This document shows positions 8,838-17,812 of a DNA stretch of 64,000 bases, one piece after another (position 1 is the stretch's first letter; each line of letters opens with the position of its first letter). Source of the stretch: Planctomycetes bacterium UBA1146 (GTDB lineage: Bacteria > Planctomycetota > UBA8108 > UBA1146); NCBI GenBank assembly GCA_002311345.1, contig DCAA01000026.1, positions 214,829-278,828 of the forward strand. Direction: 5' to 3'. The notes under the pieces were generated by a model. It ran no database searches, had not been told where the DNA came from, and worked only from the letters and a program-made list of their open reading frames with translations. The translations under genes and the position numbers were made by a program.

Positions 8838-9935
8838 GTGAACCTGCTCATCACTGTTGTCTCCCTGACAGTCACCACTTCATTTCTATGCTCTCTGCTC
8901 GAAGCAGCATTTCTCTCCGTCTCCATCGCGAGCCTGGAAGAACGCCGTGAACAGGGGATCGGTATCCGTTGGTTGCTGGAGATGAAGAAGGACAGGCTCG
9001 ACGATGCCATCGGTTCCATCCTGATCCTCAATACCATCTCGAATACGCTCGGAGCCTCGCTCGCAGGATTCCTGGTTGCCAGGGAGTTCGAGAACTTTCC
9101 AGCAGCCGTTGGCATCTTCTCTGCATTGCTCACCTTCCTGATCCTCACCTGTGCAGAGATCATTCCGAAGACGCTCGGGGCAGCCCATTCTCGTAAATTG
9201 TCCGGTTTCGTCGGAATCTGCCTGATGTTGCTCGCCCGCCTGTTGAAGCCCGCTCTCCTCATCACCGGTTTGATCACCAGGGTGTTCAAGAGCAAGTCGT
9301 CTGAAAATGTTTCCAGAGGCGAAGTGGATGCGATGATCCACCTGGCGGGAACCGAGGGAACCCTCGCCCACCACGAGGAAGTTCTCTATCGCAACATACT
9401 CCGACTAGATGAGATCCTGGTCGGTGATGTAATGACACCCCGAACGGTCGTCCGGGATCTATGGCAGGAAGCAACCATCGGAGATGTGCTTGCAGAAATC
9501 GACCGGGGGAAACTTCCGAGCCGGATCCCCATTCATGGATCAACTCGGGATGAAGTGACCGGCTACGTTCTTCTGAGGGAAATTCTACTGGCCCACATCG
9601 ACGGGGCACCAATTACCACTCCCCTATCGAAATATCGCCGTGACATTCGCTTTGTCCCCGAGGTCGCAACCCTTCGCCAGGCACTCGCGGATTTGACCAG
9701 CGGTAAGGACCCGATTGCGATGGTCGCCGACGAACATGGCGGTACATGCGGGCTGATAACCACCGAAGATCTGTTCGAAACGATCCTGGGCATCGAAGTC
9801 GTCGATGAACATGACCAGACTGAAGATCTACGAGATCTGGCCCAGGGGCTTCGAGAGAAACGTCTCGAACGATTGCGGAGCGAGCGCGTACTGCGTGGAC
9901 CCTCCGAGTCCGGTGATGAAAAGAAACGGATGTAG
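8838..9935 (+). CDS. CNNM/HlyC-CorC-type membrane protein (DUF21 transmembrane domain plus CBS pair)
   Basis: Four-TM DUF21-like N-terminus followed by two CBS motifs (…VGDVMTPR…, …GLITTEDLFETILG…). An in-frame GTG at 8838 is the proposed start; ORF-track upstream region 8625-8837 is probably non-coding. Confidence 0.7.
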   Translation: MNLLITVVSLTVTTSFLCSLLEAAFLSVSIASLEERREQGIGIRWLLEMKKDRLDDAIGSILILNTISNTLGASLAGFLVAREFENFPAAVGIFSALLTFLILTCAEIIPKTLGAAHSRKLSGFVGICLMLLARLLKPALLITGLITRVFKSKSSENVSRGEVDAMIHLAGTEGTLAHHEEVLYRNILRLDEILVGDVMTPRTVVRDLWQEATIGDVLAEIDRGKLPSRIPIHGSTRDEVTGYVLLREILLAHIDGAPITTPLSKYRRDIRFVPEVATLRQALADLTSGKDPIAMVADEHGGTCGLITTEDLFETILGIEVVDEHDQTEDLRDLAQGLREKRLERLRSERVLRGPSESGDEKKRM

Positions 9936-9970
9936 TAACCTGCTCTCTGCGTGCAAATTCGTTCATCGCT

Positions 9971-10060
9971 GGTGGGGTGGCAGAGTGGTCTAATGCACCG
10001 GTTTTGAAAACCGGCAGGGTGTAACAGCCCTCGTGGGTTCGAATCCCACCCCCACCGCCA
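9971..10060 (+). tRNA. tRNA-Ser (anticodon UGA), class II with long variable arm, genomically encoded CCA
   Basis: Acceptor stem GGTGGGG/CCCCACC, D-arm GCAGAGTGGTCTAATGC, anticodon stem CCGGT/ACCGG with loop TTTGAAA (anticodon TGA), long variable arm, T-arm GTGGGTTCGAATCCCAC, discriminator G plus CCA. Confidence 0.85.
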
Positions 10061-10084
10061 TTACGAAATGAAGGAGAACTGCCC

Positions 10085-10669
10085 ATGAAGGGTTTAGGAC
10101 TGCTGCCGCTCATCATCGTGCTGATTCTGGTGGCTCTCTTCCTGTTCACGGGCAACTATCAGCAACGCCAAATCGACAACCTGGAGGAAACCCAGGTGAC
10201 GATGCAGCATGAAGATGAACGTCTTGCCGATGAAATAATTCGCCTCGAAACCGAGGTGGTTGGCATCCGGACTGGCCTCGAAGGAGTCCAGACGGAGATG
10301 GTCGACATCGAGAAGAACATCGCGACTGTGGCGCTGGAGTCCGAAAATCTCAGGGCTGGCATCACCTCCGATCTTGAAAATCTCAACGAGGGCCTGGCCA
10401 CCAAACAGGATGTCCTCAAGAAAGAACTGGCTGCAGAACTGGAGAAGATGAAAAGTGCTCTGGAAGGCTCCGATAACGATCAGCAATCGTTGAAAGACCG
10501 CATCTTCTCTCTCGAGGGTCAGTTGGAAGTCGCCCGGCAAGACCGGATCGAACTGGCAACACGCCACCTCATGCTCGAAGAGGTACTGAAGGATCTGGCC
10601 AATACCCAGCAACTCCTCGAAAAAGCAATCCAGCGCATTGAGAACCCACCACCCGATCCCGAGAAGTAA
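10085..10669 (+). CDS. Hypothetical membrane-anchored coiled-coil protein
   Basis: AGGAG Shine-Dalgarno 9 nt upstream of ATG; N-terminal TM helix then ~160 aa of heptad-like E/L/Q-rich sequence. Confidence 0.55.
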   Translation: MKGLGLLPLIIVLILVALFLFTGNYQQRQIDNLEETQVTMQHEDERLADEIIRLETEVVGIRTGLEGVQTEMVDIEKNIATVALESENLRAGITSDLENLNEGLATKQDVLKKELAAELEKMKSALEGSDNDQQSLKDRIFSLEGQLEVARQDRIELATRHLMLEEVLKDLANTQQLLEKAIQRIENPPPDPEK

Positions 10670-10764
10670 CCGGCGCTCCGTGTCGTTACGCTATCGGCGG
10701 CCCACAACTGGAAATATACTCGGCAGATACAGTTGTCAGCATCGAAAGTAAATTAGGCGTACCC

Positions 10765-13700
10765 GTGAATCCCTCAGACTTCACTGCAGAACAGATCCGA
10801 GACCAATTTCTCTCCCGGCTGAGGGAGCGGATTCTGGTCATCGATGGTGCTACCGGAACTGCCCTCCAGGATCGAAATCTGAGCTCCGAGGACTTTGGCG
10901 GTGAAGATCTGGCAGGTTGCAATGAGAACCTCGTTCTCACTCGTCCCGAGGTGATTCGTTCGATCCACCAGTCATACCTGGAAGCTGGCTCTGACTGCAT
11001 CGAGACCAACACTTTCGGTGCCACCGAACTGGTACTCAATGAATATGAGTTGGGGCCAAAGGCAGAAGAGATCAATTTCATCGCTTCCCAGTTGGCCAGG
11101 GAGGAAGCGGATCGATTTTCCTCTGCAGAGCACCCCAGATGGGTTCTTGGATCGATGGGTCCGACGACAAAAACTCTATCGGTCACCGGAGGAATCACAT
11201 TCGACGAATTGAGGGATCACTTTCGGATCCAGGCACATGGACTGCTACGAGGAGGATGTGACATCCTGCTGGTAGAAACGGTCCAGGACACGCTCAATCT
11301 GAAAGCCGCGATGCATGGGATCGATGAAGCCGCCAGCGAACTGGGCTTTTCTCGTCCGGTCGCGATCTCCTGCACCATCGAACCGATGGGGACGATGCTG
11401 GCAGGTCAATCCATCGAAGCTTTCTACAACAGCGTGGAACATTTTCAGCCCCTGTTCATCGGATTGAATTGCGCTACCGGCCCACGCTTCATGACCGACC
11501 ATCTCCGGACGCTAGCGAGCATCTCTGCCTTCCCGGTCTCCGTCTACCCCAACGCTGGACTGCCCGATTCGGATGGCAACTATGAGGAGACTGCCGAGAT
11601 CCTGGCGCAGCACATCGAACCGTTCTTGGAACAGAACTGGGTCAACGTCATCGGTGGATGTTGTGGTACGACCCCCGATCACATCCGTGCGATGGTCGAT
11701 CTTGCTTCACGCTTCTCACCAAGATCATACTCAGACAGAAAACGTTCCATCGTCTCGGGCATCGAAACGATAGAGATCAGCGAAGACACAATTCCACTTG
11801 TGGTTGGTGAAAGAACCAACGTCATCGGAAGTCGTCGCTTCAAGAAATTGATCGCGCAGGACGAGTTCGAGAAAGCCGCAGAAATCGGAAGAAGGCAAGC
11901 CCGCGGTGGAGCTCATATCATCGATGTGTGTATGGCAGATCCGGACCGTGAGGAACTCGATGATATACTCAGGTTCCTTCCATTGTTGACCCGCATGGTC
12001 AAGATCCCCCTGATGATCGACTCCACGGATGCAGTCGTGCTCGAGGAAGCCCTGAAACTGTGCCAGGGAAAATCCATCATCAACTCCATCAACCTGGAGG
12101 ATGGTGAGGATCGATTCGAAACGGTCGTGCCTCTTGCAAAAAAATATGGTGCCTCTCTGGTGGTGGGCTGTATCGACGAGGATCCAGAAGATGGAATGGC
12201 CGTCACCGTCGAACGAAAACTCGAAATCGCGACGAGATCCCACGAACTTCTCACACAGAAGTACTCGATCCCGGAGCAAGATCTCATATTCGACCCGTTG
12301 GTCTTCCCGGTAGGGACAGGGGATCAGAAATACAGCGCTTCCGCTGTGGCCACCATCGATGGAGTCCGCGCCATCGCCGAGACCTTCCCGCATTGCAATA
12401 CCACGTTGGGAATCAGCAACGTCTCCTTCGGTTTGCCTCCGGCAGGTCGAGAGGTTCTGAACTCGGTCTTCCTCTATCATTGTATTCAGGCCGGACTCTC
12501 GATGGCCATCGTCAACTCCGAACGGATGCAACGCTATGCGAGCATCCCTGACATCGAACGGGAACTCTGCGAGGATCTGATCTGGCAGAGAACCCCGGAT
12601 CCCATCGCTGCTTTTACCGAGCACTTCCGTGGCCGGAGGATCGCGATGGAAGGGCAATCTCCCCTCCTCCAGCTTCCCATTCCGGAAAGATTGGCTCGCA
12701 ACATCATCGAGGGCACCAAGGAAGGTCTCGACGACGCACTCGCGCAAGCGCTCGAGAAATACGAGACCCCGCTTAAAATCATCAACGGCCCATTGATGAC
12801 CGGAATGGCAGAAGTAGGGCGGCTTTTCAACGACAACGAATTGATCGTGGCGGAAGTGTTGCAAAGCGCCGAGGCGATGAAGGCGGCCGTTTCCTTCCTC
12901 GAGCCTCACATGGAAAAGATTGAATCCATTAGTCGTGGAAAAGTGCTGCTTGCAACCGTGAAGGGGGATGTACACGACATTGGAAAGAATCTCGTTCACA
13001 TCATCCTCTCCAACAATGGCTTCGCGGTGGTAGACCTCGGAATCAAGGTTCCGCCAGCCCAGTTGATCGCCGCAGTCCAGGAACACCAACCCGACGCGAT
13101 CGGCCTTTCTGGGTTGCTGGTAAAGTCCGCCCAGCAGATGGTCGTTACCGCCGAAGATCTTCAAGCGGCTTCTATCGATCTCCCGATACTCGTAGGAGGT
13201 GCGGCTCTCTCGGAGAAGTTCACCGCCAAAAAGATCCAGAAGGTCACCGATTCTCCGGTGATCTACGCCAAGGATGCGATGAGGGGACTCGCAATCGTCA
13301 GCGACCTGTTCGATCAGGAACTTCGACCCGGTTTCCTCGAGGAAAACCGTCGCACCCAGGAGCGAATCGCTCTCGGTGGGTCGACCAAAACCGGAGCGGC
13401 AGTGGCACAGATCACCCTGCCCGATCGCTCTCCCGTGATCCAGGTGGTCGATACGGCCCCGGCGATTCCCGATGTGGAACTTCACATCGAGACCCAGATC
13501 GCACCAGAAGATGTCTTCCCCCTCATCAATCCGCAGATGCTTTACGGACGGCACATGGGTCTTCGAGGTAACTTCGAGAAGAAGATCGCTGCCGGAGATG
13601 TAAAGGCCGCTCGCCTTCAGAAGATGATGCTGGAACTTCTGGAAGAGGTTCGCGCGAGGGATTTGCTGTCGCCAAAAGCGATGTGGCAGCACTTCCCGGC

Positions 13701-14271
13701 CAGTTCGACTTCTGACGAGATCACCATTTACGATCCGGAGTCCCTTGAACCACTCGAGAAGGTCGCCTTCCCGCGCCAGCAGAAGCCGCCCCATCGTTCA
13801 GTCTGTGACTATCTCCTTGCACCAGCTAAAGACGGTAGTCCCGTCGATAATCTTGCCATTCTGGTCACCACGGCGGGATCCAAGGTTCGGGAACAATCTC
13901 AGGCCTGGATGCGTGAGGGCGAATATCTGAAATCTCATGCCATCCAGGCGCTGGCAGTCGAGATGGCAGAAGGACTGACAGAGAGGATTCACCGGATCAT
14001 TCGTTCGAACTGGGGATACCCTGACCCGGATTCGATGACGAAGATGGATCTATTCCGCGCCCAGTATCGGGGCAAGAGATACTCTTTCGGCTATCCGGCT
14101 TGCCCTGACCTCTCCTGCCAGGAAGTAATCTGGCGCCTGCTCGAGCCGCAACAACACCTCGGAGTCGAACTCACGGAGGGGTTCATGATGGATCCGGAGG
14201 CAAGCGTCTCGGCGCTGGTCTTCCATCATCCCGATGCGAGCTATTTCGGAGTCGGCAACAACGAAGAGTGA
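10765..14271 (+). CDS. metH: Cobalamin-dependent methionine synthase MetH (GTG start)
   Basis: Homocysteine-binding, pterin-binding, B12-binding (…GDVHDIGKN…) and AdoMet-activation modules all present; 1168 aa. Confidence 0.9.
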   Translation: MNPSDFTAEQIRDQFLSRLRERILVIDGATGTALQDRNLSSEDFGGEDLAGCNENLVLTRPEVIRSIHQSYLEAGSDCIETNTFGATELVLNEYELGPKAEEINFIASQLAREEADRFSSAEHPRWVLGSMGPTTKTLSVTGGITFDELRDHFRIQAHGLLRGGCDILLVETVQDTLNLKAAMHGIDEAASELGFSRPVAISCTIEPMGTMLAGQSIEAFYNSVEHFQPLFIGLNCATGPRFMTDHLRTLASISAFPVSVYPNAGLPDSDGNYEETAEILAQHIEPFLEQNWVNVIGGCCGTTPDHIRAMVDLASRFSPRSYSDRKRSIVSGIETIEISEDTIPLVVGERTNVIGSRRFKKLIAQDEFEKAAEIGRRQARGGAHIIDVCMADPDREELDDILRFLPLLTRMVKIPLMIDSTDAVVLEEALKLCQGKSIINSINLEDGEDRFETVVPLAKKYGASLVVGCIDEDPEDGMAVTVERKLEIATRSHELLTQKYSIPEQDLIFDPLVFPVGTGDQKYSASAVATIDGVRAIAETFPHCNTTLGISNVSFGLPPAGREVLNSVFLYHCIQAGLSMAIVNSERMQRYASIPDIERELCEDLIWQRTPDPIAAFTEHFRGRRIAMEGQSPLLQLPIPERLARNIIEGTKEGLDDALAQALEKYETPLKIINGPLMTGMAEVGRLFNDNELIVAEVLQSAEAMKAAVSFLEPHMEKIESISRGKVLLATVKGDVHDIGKNLVHIILSNNGFAVVDLGIKVPPAQLIAAVQEHQPDAIGLSGLLVKSAQQMVVTAEDLQAASIDLPILVGGAALSEKFTAKKIQKVTDSPVIYAKDAMRGLAIVSDLFDQELRPGFLEENRRTQERIALGGSTKTGAAVAQITLPDRSPVIQVVDTAPAIPDVELHIETQIAPEDVFPLINPQMLYGRHMGLRGNFEKKIAAGDVKAARLQKMMLELLEEVRARDLLSPKAMWQHFPASSTSDEITIYDPESLEPLEKVAFPRQQKPPHRSVCDYLLAPAKDGSPVDNLAILVTTAGSKVREQSQAWMREGEYLKSHAIQALAVEMAEGLTERIHRIIRSNWGYPDPDSMTKMDLFRAQYRGKRYSFGYPACPDLSCQEVIWRLLEPQQHLGVELTEGFMMDPEASVSALVFHHPDASYFGVGNNEE

Positions 14272-14293
14272 TCGTCTTCGAATCACCGAACCA

Positions 14294-17200
14294 TCAACGG
14301 GCAACCAGTTTCACCCGAATACTGAGCATCTCCCCGTCGCGCTCGATTTTCACGACCACCTCGGCTCCCGGTTCCAGTTGCCGCAACAATTGCGCGTAAC
14401 CACGCAAGTCAGTGATCTGCTCGTCGTCGATGGCAAGAAGGCGATCCCCGGCACGTAAACCGGACCGTGCTGCCGGTGAATCCTCGACCACATCGTCGAT
14501 CCTCACCCCCGGGCCGGTGTCGGTGAAATCGGGGACGGTACCGAGCATCACCCTTCGCCCCTGCTGGGGCTGAGCCGGATTTGGATCCCTGTGCTGTCCC
14601 ACCCCGAGGGTGGAGGTCAGCGCATCCGGGCGCTCGGAGAGATACAACAGCGCTTCCCTCAACCAGGTGGCGACCGAAACCAGCCCCTGGGCATCGATCT
14701 TGTCGGAGGTGTCGCTTGGTCGATGGTAATCCTGATGTGCGCCGGTGGTGAGCTGGATGCCGGGGATACCGATCTCGTGGAAAGGAACCTGATCGGACCC
14801 ACCGGGATCATCCTTGACCGCCGTAGAGAGCACTGCGGTGGTGAACCCGATCCCGCGGACGATATGGACCCACTCGGTCGCGGTGCCGGTTCCCAGTGCC
14901 AGCAACTCTCCTTCTGCGAGCCGACCGACAGCATCGACGCTGATCACCGCCAGCGCCCGTGCGGCGGGCCACTTCTCCATCGACTCGATGTAACGGCGGG
15001 CTCCTCGTAATCCCCACTCCTCGGCACTGGTGGCGACGAAGACGAGGGTCCGTGCTGGGCGATGGGTACCGGAGATGATCCGAGCCGTCTCGAGCATCAC
15101 CGCCACACCGGAGGCATTGTCGTCGGCTCCGGGGTGGATCCTTCCTTCATTCCCCGATCGAACATCGGGCCAACCTCGACCTAGATGATCAACATGCGCG
15201 AGAACCACCACCGATTGTCCCGTCAAGGCTTCGTCGGTCCCGGGAATCACGCCGATGACATTTCGCAATGTCGGTTCTTTCCTGGTTCGATTACGCAGTT
15301 CCTCTTCACTCCAGGAGTCGAAGAAACTGCCGTCCGGTGCTCCCGGTTGTAAACCGATCTCCTCGAAGCGATCCGCCACCCACTGGGTCGCTTGCTCCAG
15401 ACCCACCGAACCGTTTTCTCGTCCCTCCAGTTGCGGATCGGCAAGCCAACGGACATCGGAAATCATTCGATCGCCATCAAGAACCGGGCCAGGCCGTGCG
15501 AGAGGTTCACGTGCATCTTCGATCTGGGCGACCCGGATTCCCTTCGCCGTCCAGGAGAGGGCAGAAGTGTCAGTCTCCCATTCACCCTTGGCCACGTTGG
15601 TCGGTTCCTCGCCCTGGAACAGCAGATAGGAATACTTGCCATAGTGAGGCAGTTTTCGCGCCAGACCGGAAATCGCCGCCTCCTTGTAACAACGGATCAA
15701 CCCCACCGTGAGGTCTTCATCGTCGGGATGACGCGCCACCTGGATTCCAGAGTGATCCCATTGGAATAATTGTGGCCCTACATCCGTGGGCTTCATCGTC
15801 GGGAGTATCCATGTGGCATAACTAAGACTGAATTTCTCTAACATCCCCTTCTGGAGGGCCGCCTTCCGCAAGGTCTCATTCGCCACACCCATGGTCGGCT
15901 CGCCAAGGATCCAGACCGCTCTATCCGGCGGGATCTCTTCCAGTTCGGTGTCGAGGACGATGCGAACATCCCCATCGGTAGCCCAGGATTCGGCCAGCGC
16001 TCGCCATGCCTCGAGTCTCGGGCTGAGAGAAGGCAGGACGATCAGCTGGGAAGAGGCGCCAAAGATGTCGCCGATGGTCGGTGGAGTCTCCGATTGATCG
16101 AGTTGACGAAACACATCGAAAAAAGGATCGACCTTCACGGCAACTAGTTGCCCTGCCACCTCGAAGGACTGCTGTCGGGGAACCGTTGCATCGTCTCCGG
16201 GAGCAAACTCGAGAATCTGTTGCTGCCACCAGGAAGAAGTCGCCAGTTGATAGTGAACCGGAACCCGGACCCGATACGGGTCCTGCTCCTGAATCTGCTC
16301 GATGACGATCTTCGACATCTCCTCGCCCGGCTGCACTACAAGTCGAATCTGCGGGGCTCCGGTGCCCTCGATCCACGATCTCGCCCAATCACCCAGATCG
16401 GTTCCTGCGGCATCTCCGATGCAGGCGACGATGTCATCGAAGGAAGCGCGCCGGTGCATGAAATCGGCGAAAAAACTCTGAAGCCCCTGCTTGAACGCTT
16501 CCTCACCAACGCTGCGGCGAATCATGTGCCACAACATCAGGCACTTGCCGTATCCCACCGCCTCGGTGGCACCCGAGTGGCGACTACGAAATTCGCGAAG
16601 CGGAAAATCGAGGCCCTCCTGGACGTAGGATCCGAACTTCTTCAGCACATCGCGTCGGTACTCGGCCCCTCTGCCCTCACCTTCCTTCATCAGGTGATCG
16701 GCGAGATAAGCGGTGAGCCCTTCGCACCAGTTACCGCCCGGATAATCGACGTACACCGAGTTCCCCCACCAGTTGTGGAGGACCTCGTGCGGATAGGATG
16801 ACCTCAAGATGAAGGGCAGCCGGATCACCTGTGGACCCAGCAAGGTAAAAGAGGGCATGCCATAGCCGCTCTCCCAGAAATTCTCGACCAGCGCAAACTT
16901 CGAGTAGGGATAGGGGCCGATCAGTTGGGCGTACATGTCGACGTATTGCACCGTCGCTTCCAGGTACCTCGCTGCAAGATTCGGATCCTCATCACGAAGA
17001 AATACCAGCGCTTCGACCAGGGGAGTGATCTTCTTGTACTCGTGAAATCTGGCCGCGACGAGAAAGACCTCTTCCTGGGGAAGTTCGCAATCCCAGCGCA
17101 CGGTGGTGCGGTCCGCGCCAGTCTCCTTGTTTCGCCGGGAGCCCTGACTCACCGCATCCCAGCCGGCGGGAAGATTCACCTCCAACGAGAAGGTGACCAA

Positions 17201-17677
17201 CACGCCCTCCGGATGAGGCAACCACGAGCTGGCTCCTGCCAGGTACACACCGCGCTCCTCGATGGTTCCAGGTGTTGAGGAAAAGGACCTTCCGGCACCG
17301 GAAGCGACCTGCTCCAGATCTTCCCGGATCACACCGCGAGCGGAGATGAACACCGGCAAGTCGTCAGCCAACTCTTCTGGTACCGTCACTCTCCAGATTT
17401 TTCGGCTCACCGGTCTCTGGGGATCGAGTCCGGATCCCCCCTGCTGCTCGGTCTGGGTCACGAGAGTCAGGCTTCCCTGGGATTCGAGTCGAGGCGTGAT
17501 GCCCGAATGGAGTCCAAACTCGAATTGTTTCCCCAACCGTTCGAGGGACACCTGCCAGGAGATGGAGCCGGCAGACGGATCGAGGGTCACCTCGGCCACA
17601 AGATGAGGATGTAGTACAGGGACTTCCTGCACCGGAAGGCACCAGATCAGGCTGCCAAATAGCAGGGTAATGGACAT
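14294..17677 (-). CDS. Secreted multidomain metallopeptidase: M1 aminopeptidase-N-like domain, M28 peptidase domain and C-terminal PDZ
   Basis: Signal peptide; GxMEN-like GYGMPS plus HEVLHNWWGN-x18-E (M1 gluzincin); AHVDHLGRG…HPGADDNASGVAVMLE…EEWGLRG (M28); PDZ …GVRIDDVVEDSPAARSGLRAGDRLLAIDDEQI…. Confidence 0.8.
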   Translation of the reverse strand: MSITLLFGSLIWCLPVQEVPVLHPHLVAEVTLDPSAGSISWQVSLERLGKQFEFGLHSGITPRLESQGSLTLVTQTEQQGGSGLDPQRPVSRKIWRVTVPEELADDLPVFISARGVIREDLEQVASGAGRSFSSTPGTIEERGVYLAGASSWLPHPEGVLVTFSLEVNLPAGWDAVSQGSRRNKETGADRTTVRWDCELPQEEVFLVAARFHEYKKITPLVEALVFLRDEDPNLAARYLEATVQYVDMYAQLIGPYPYSKFALVENFWESGYGMPSFTLLGPQVIRLPFILRSSYPHEVLHNWWGNSVYVDYPGGNWCEGLTAYLADHLMKEGEGRGAEYRRDVLKKFGSYVQEGLDFPLREFRSRHSGATEAVGYGKCLMLWHMIRRSVGEEAFKQGLQSFFADFMHRRASFDDIVACIGDAAGTDLGDWARSWIEGTGAPQIRLVVQPGEEMSKIVIEQIQEQDPYRVRVPVHYQLATSSWWQQQILEFAPGDDATVPRQQSFEVAGQLVAVKVDPFFDVFRQLDQSETPPTIGDIFGASSQLIVLPSLSPRLEAWRALAESWATDGDVRIVLDTELEEIPPDRAVWILGEPTMGVANETLRKAALQKGMLEKFSLSYATWILPTMKPTDVGPQLFQWDHSGIQVARHPDDEDLTVGLIRCYKEAAISGLARKLPHYGKYSYLLFQGEEPTNVAKGEWETDTSALSWTAKGIRVAQIEDAREPLARPGPVLDGDRMISDVRWLADPQLEGRENGSVGLEQATQWVADRFEEIGLQPGAPDGSFFDSWSEEELRNRTRKEPTLRNVIGVIPGTDEALTGQSVVVLAHVDHLGRGWPDVRSGNEGRIHPGADDNASGVAVMLETARIISGTHRPARTLVFVATSAEEWGLRGARRYIESMEKWPAARALAVISVDAVGRLAEGELLALGTGTATEWVHIVRGIGFTTAVLSTAVKDDPGGSDQVPFHEIGIPGIQLTTGAHQDYHRPSDTSDKIDAQGLVSVATWLREALLYLSERPDALTSTLGVGQHRDPNPAQPQQGRRVMLGTVPDFTDTGPGVRIDDVVEDSPAARSGLRAGDRLLAIDDEQITDLRGYAQLLRQLEPGAEVVVKIERDGEMLSIRVKLVAR

Positions 17678-17812
17678 TCGAAGCCTTTCTCGATTCCTGG
17701 CGAGATGTTATCCGGCTGGCTCTTCCCGGTCCATGTTGACTCTCGCTCCCTCACACCTTCTCATCGGGGGACGCGGTGACGGGGAAAATCTGCCGTACTC
17801 GGGGAGCCTTGC

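Noticed and set aside
8288-9295. 335-aa minus-strand ORF upstream of fliE
   Set aside because: Arg/Ser-rich low-complexity translation with no recognisable fold. It is antisense to the well-supported CNNM/DUF21-CBS gene (8838-9935) and looks like a typical spurious long ORF of GC-rich DNA.
9971-10669. tRNA-Ser as a possible genomic-island integration site
   Set aside because: No integrase, direct repeat of the tRNA 3' end, or compositional shift was seen downstream; flanking genes (metH, peptidase, kinase, atp operon) look like core chromosome.
10670-10764. Cobalamin or SAM riboswitch upstream of metH or the BtuF-like ABC genes
   Set aside because: Intergenic regions (95 nt before metH; 52 nt before the SBP gene) are too short for these riboswitches, and no conserved B12-box or S-box core was seen.
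11731-13794. 687-aa antisense ORF inside metH
   Set aside because: The opposite strand encodes a fully conserved MetH; the antisense translation is low-complexity and unrecognisable.
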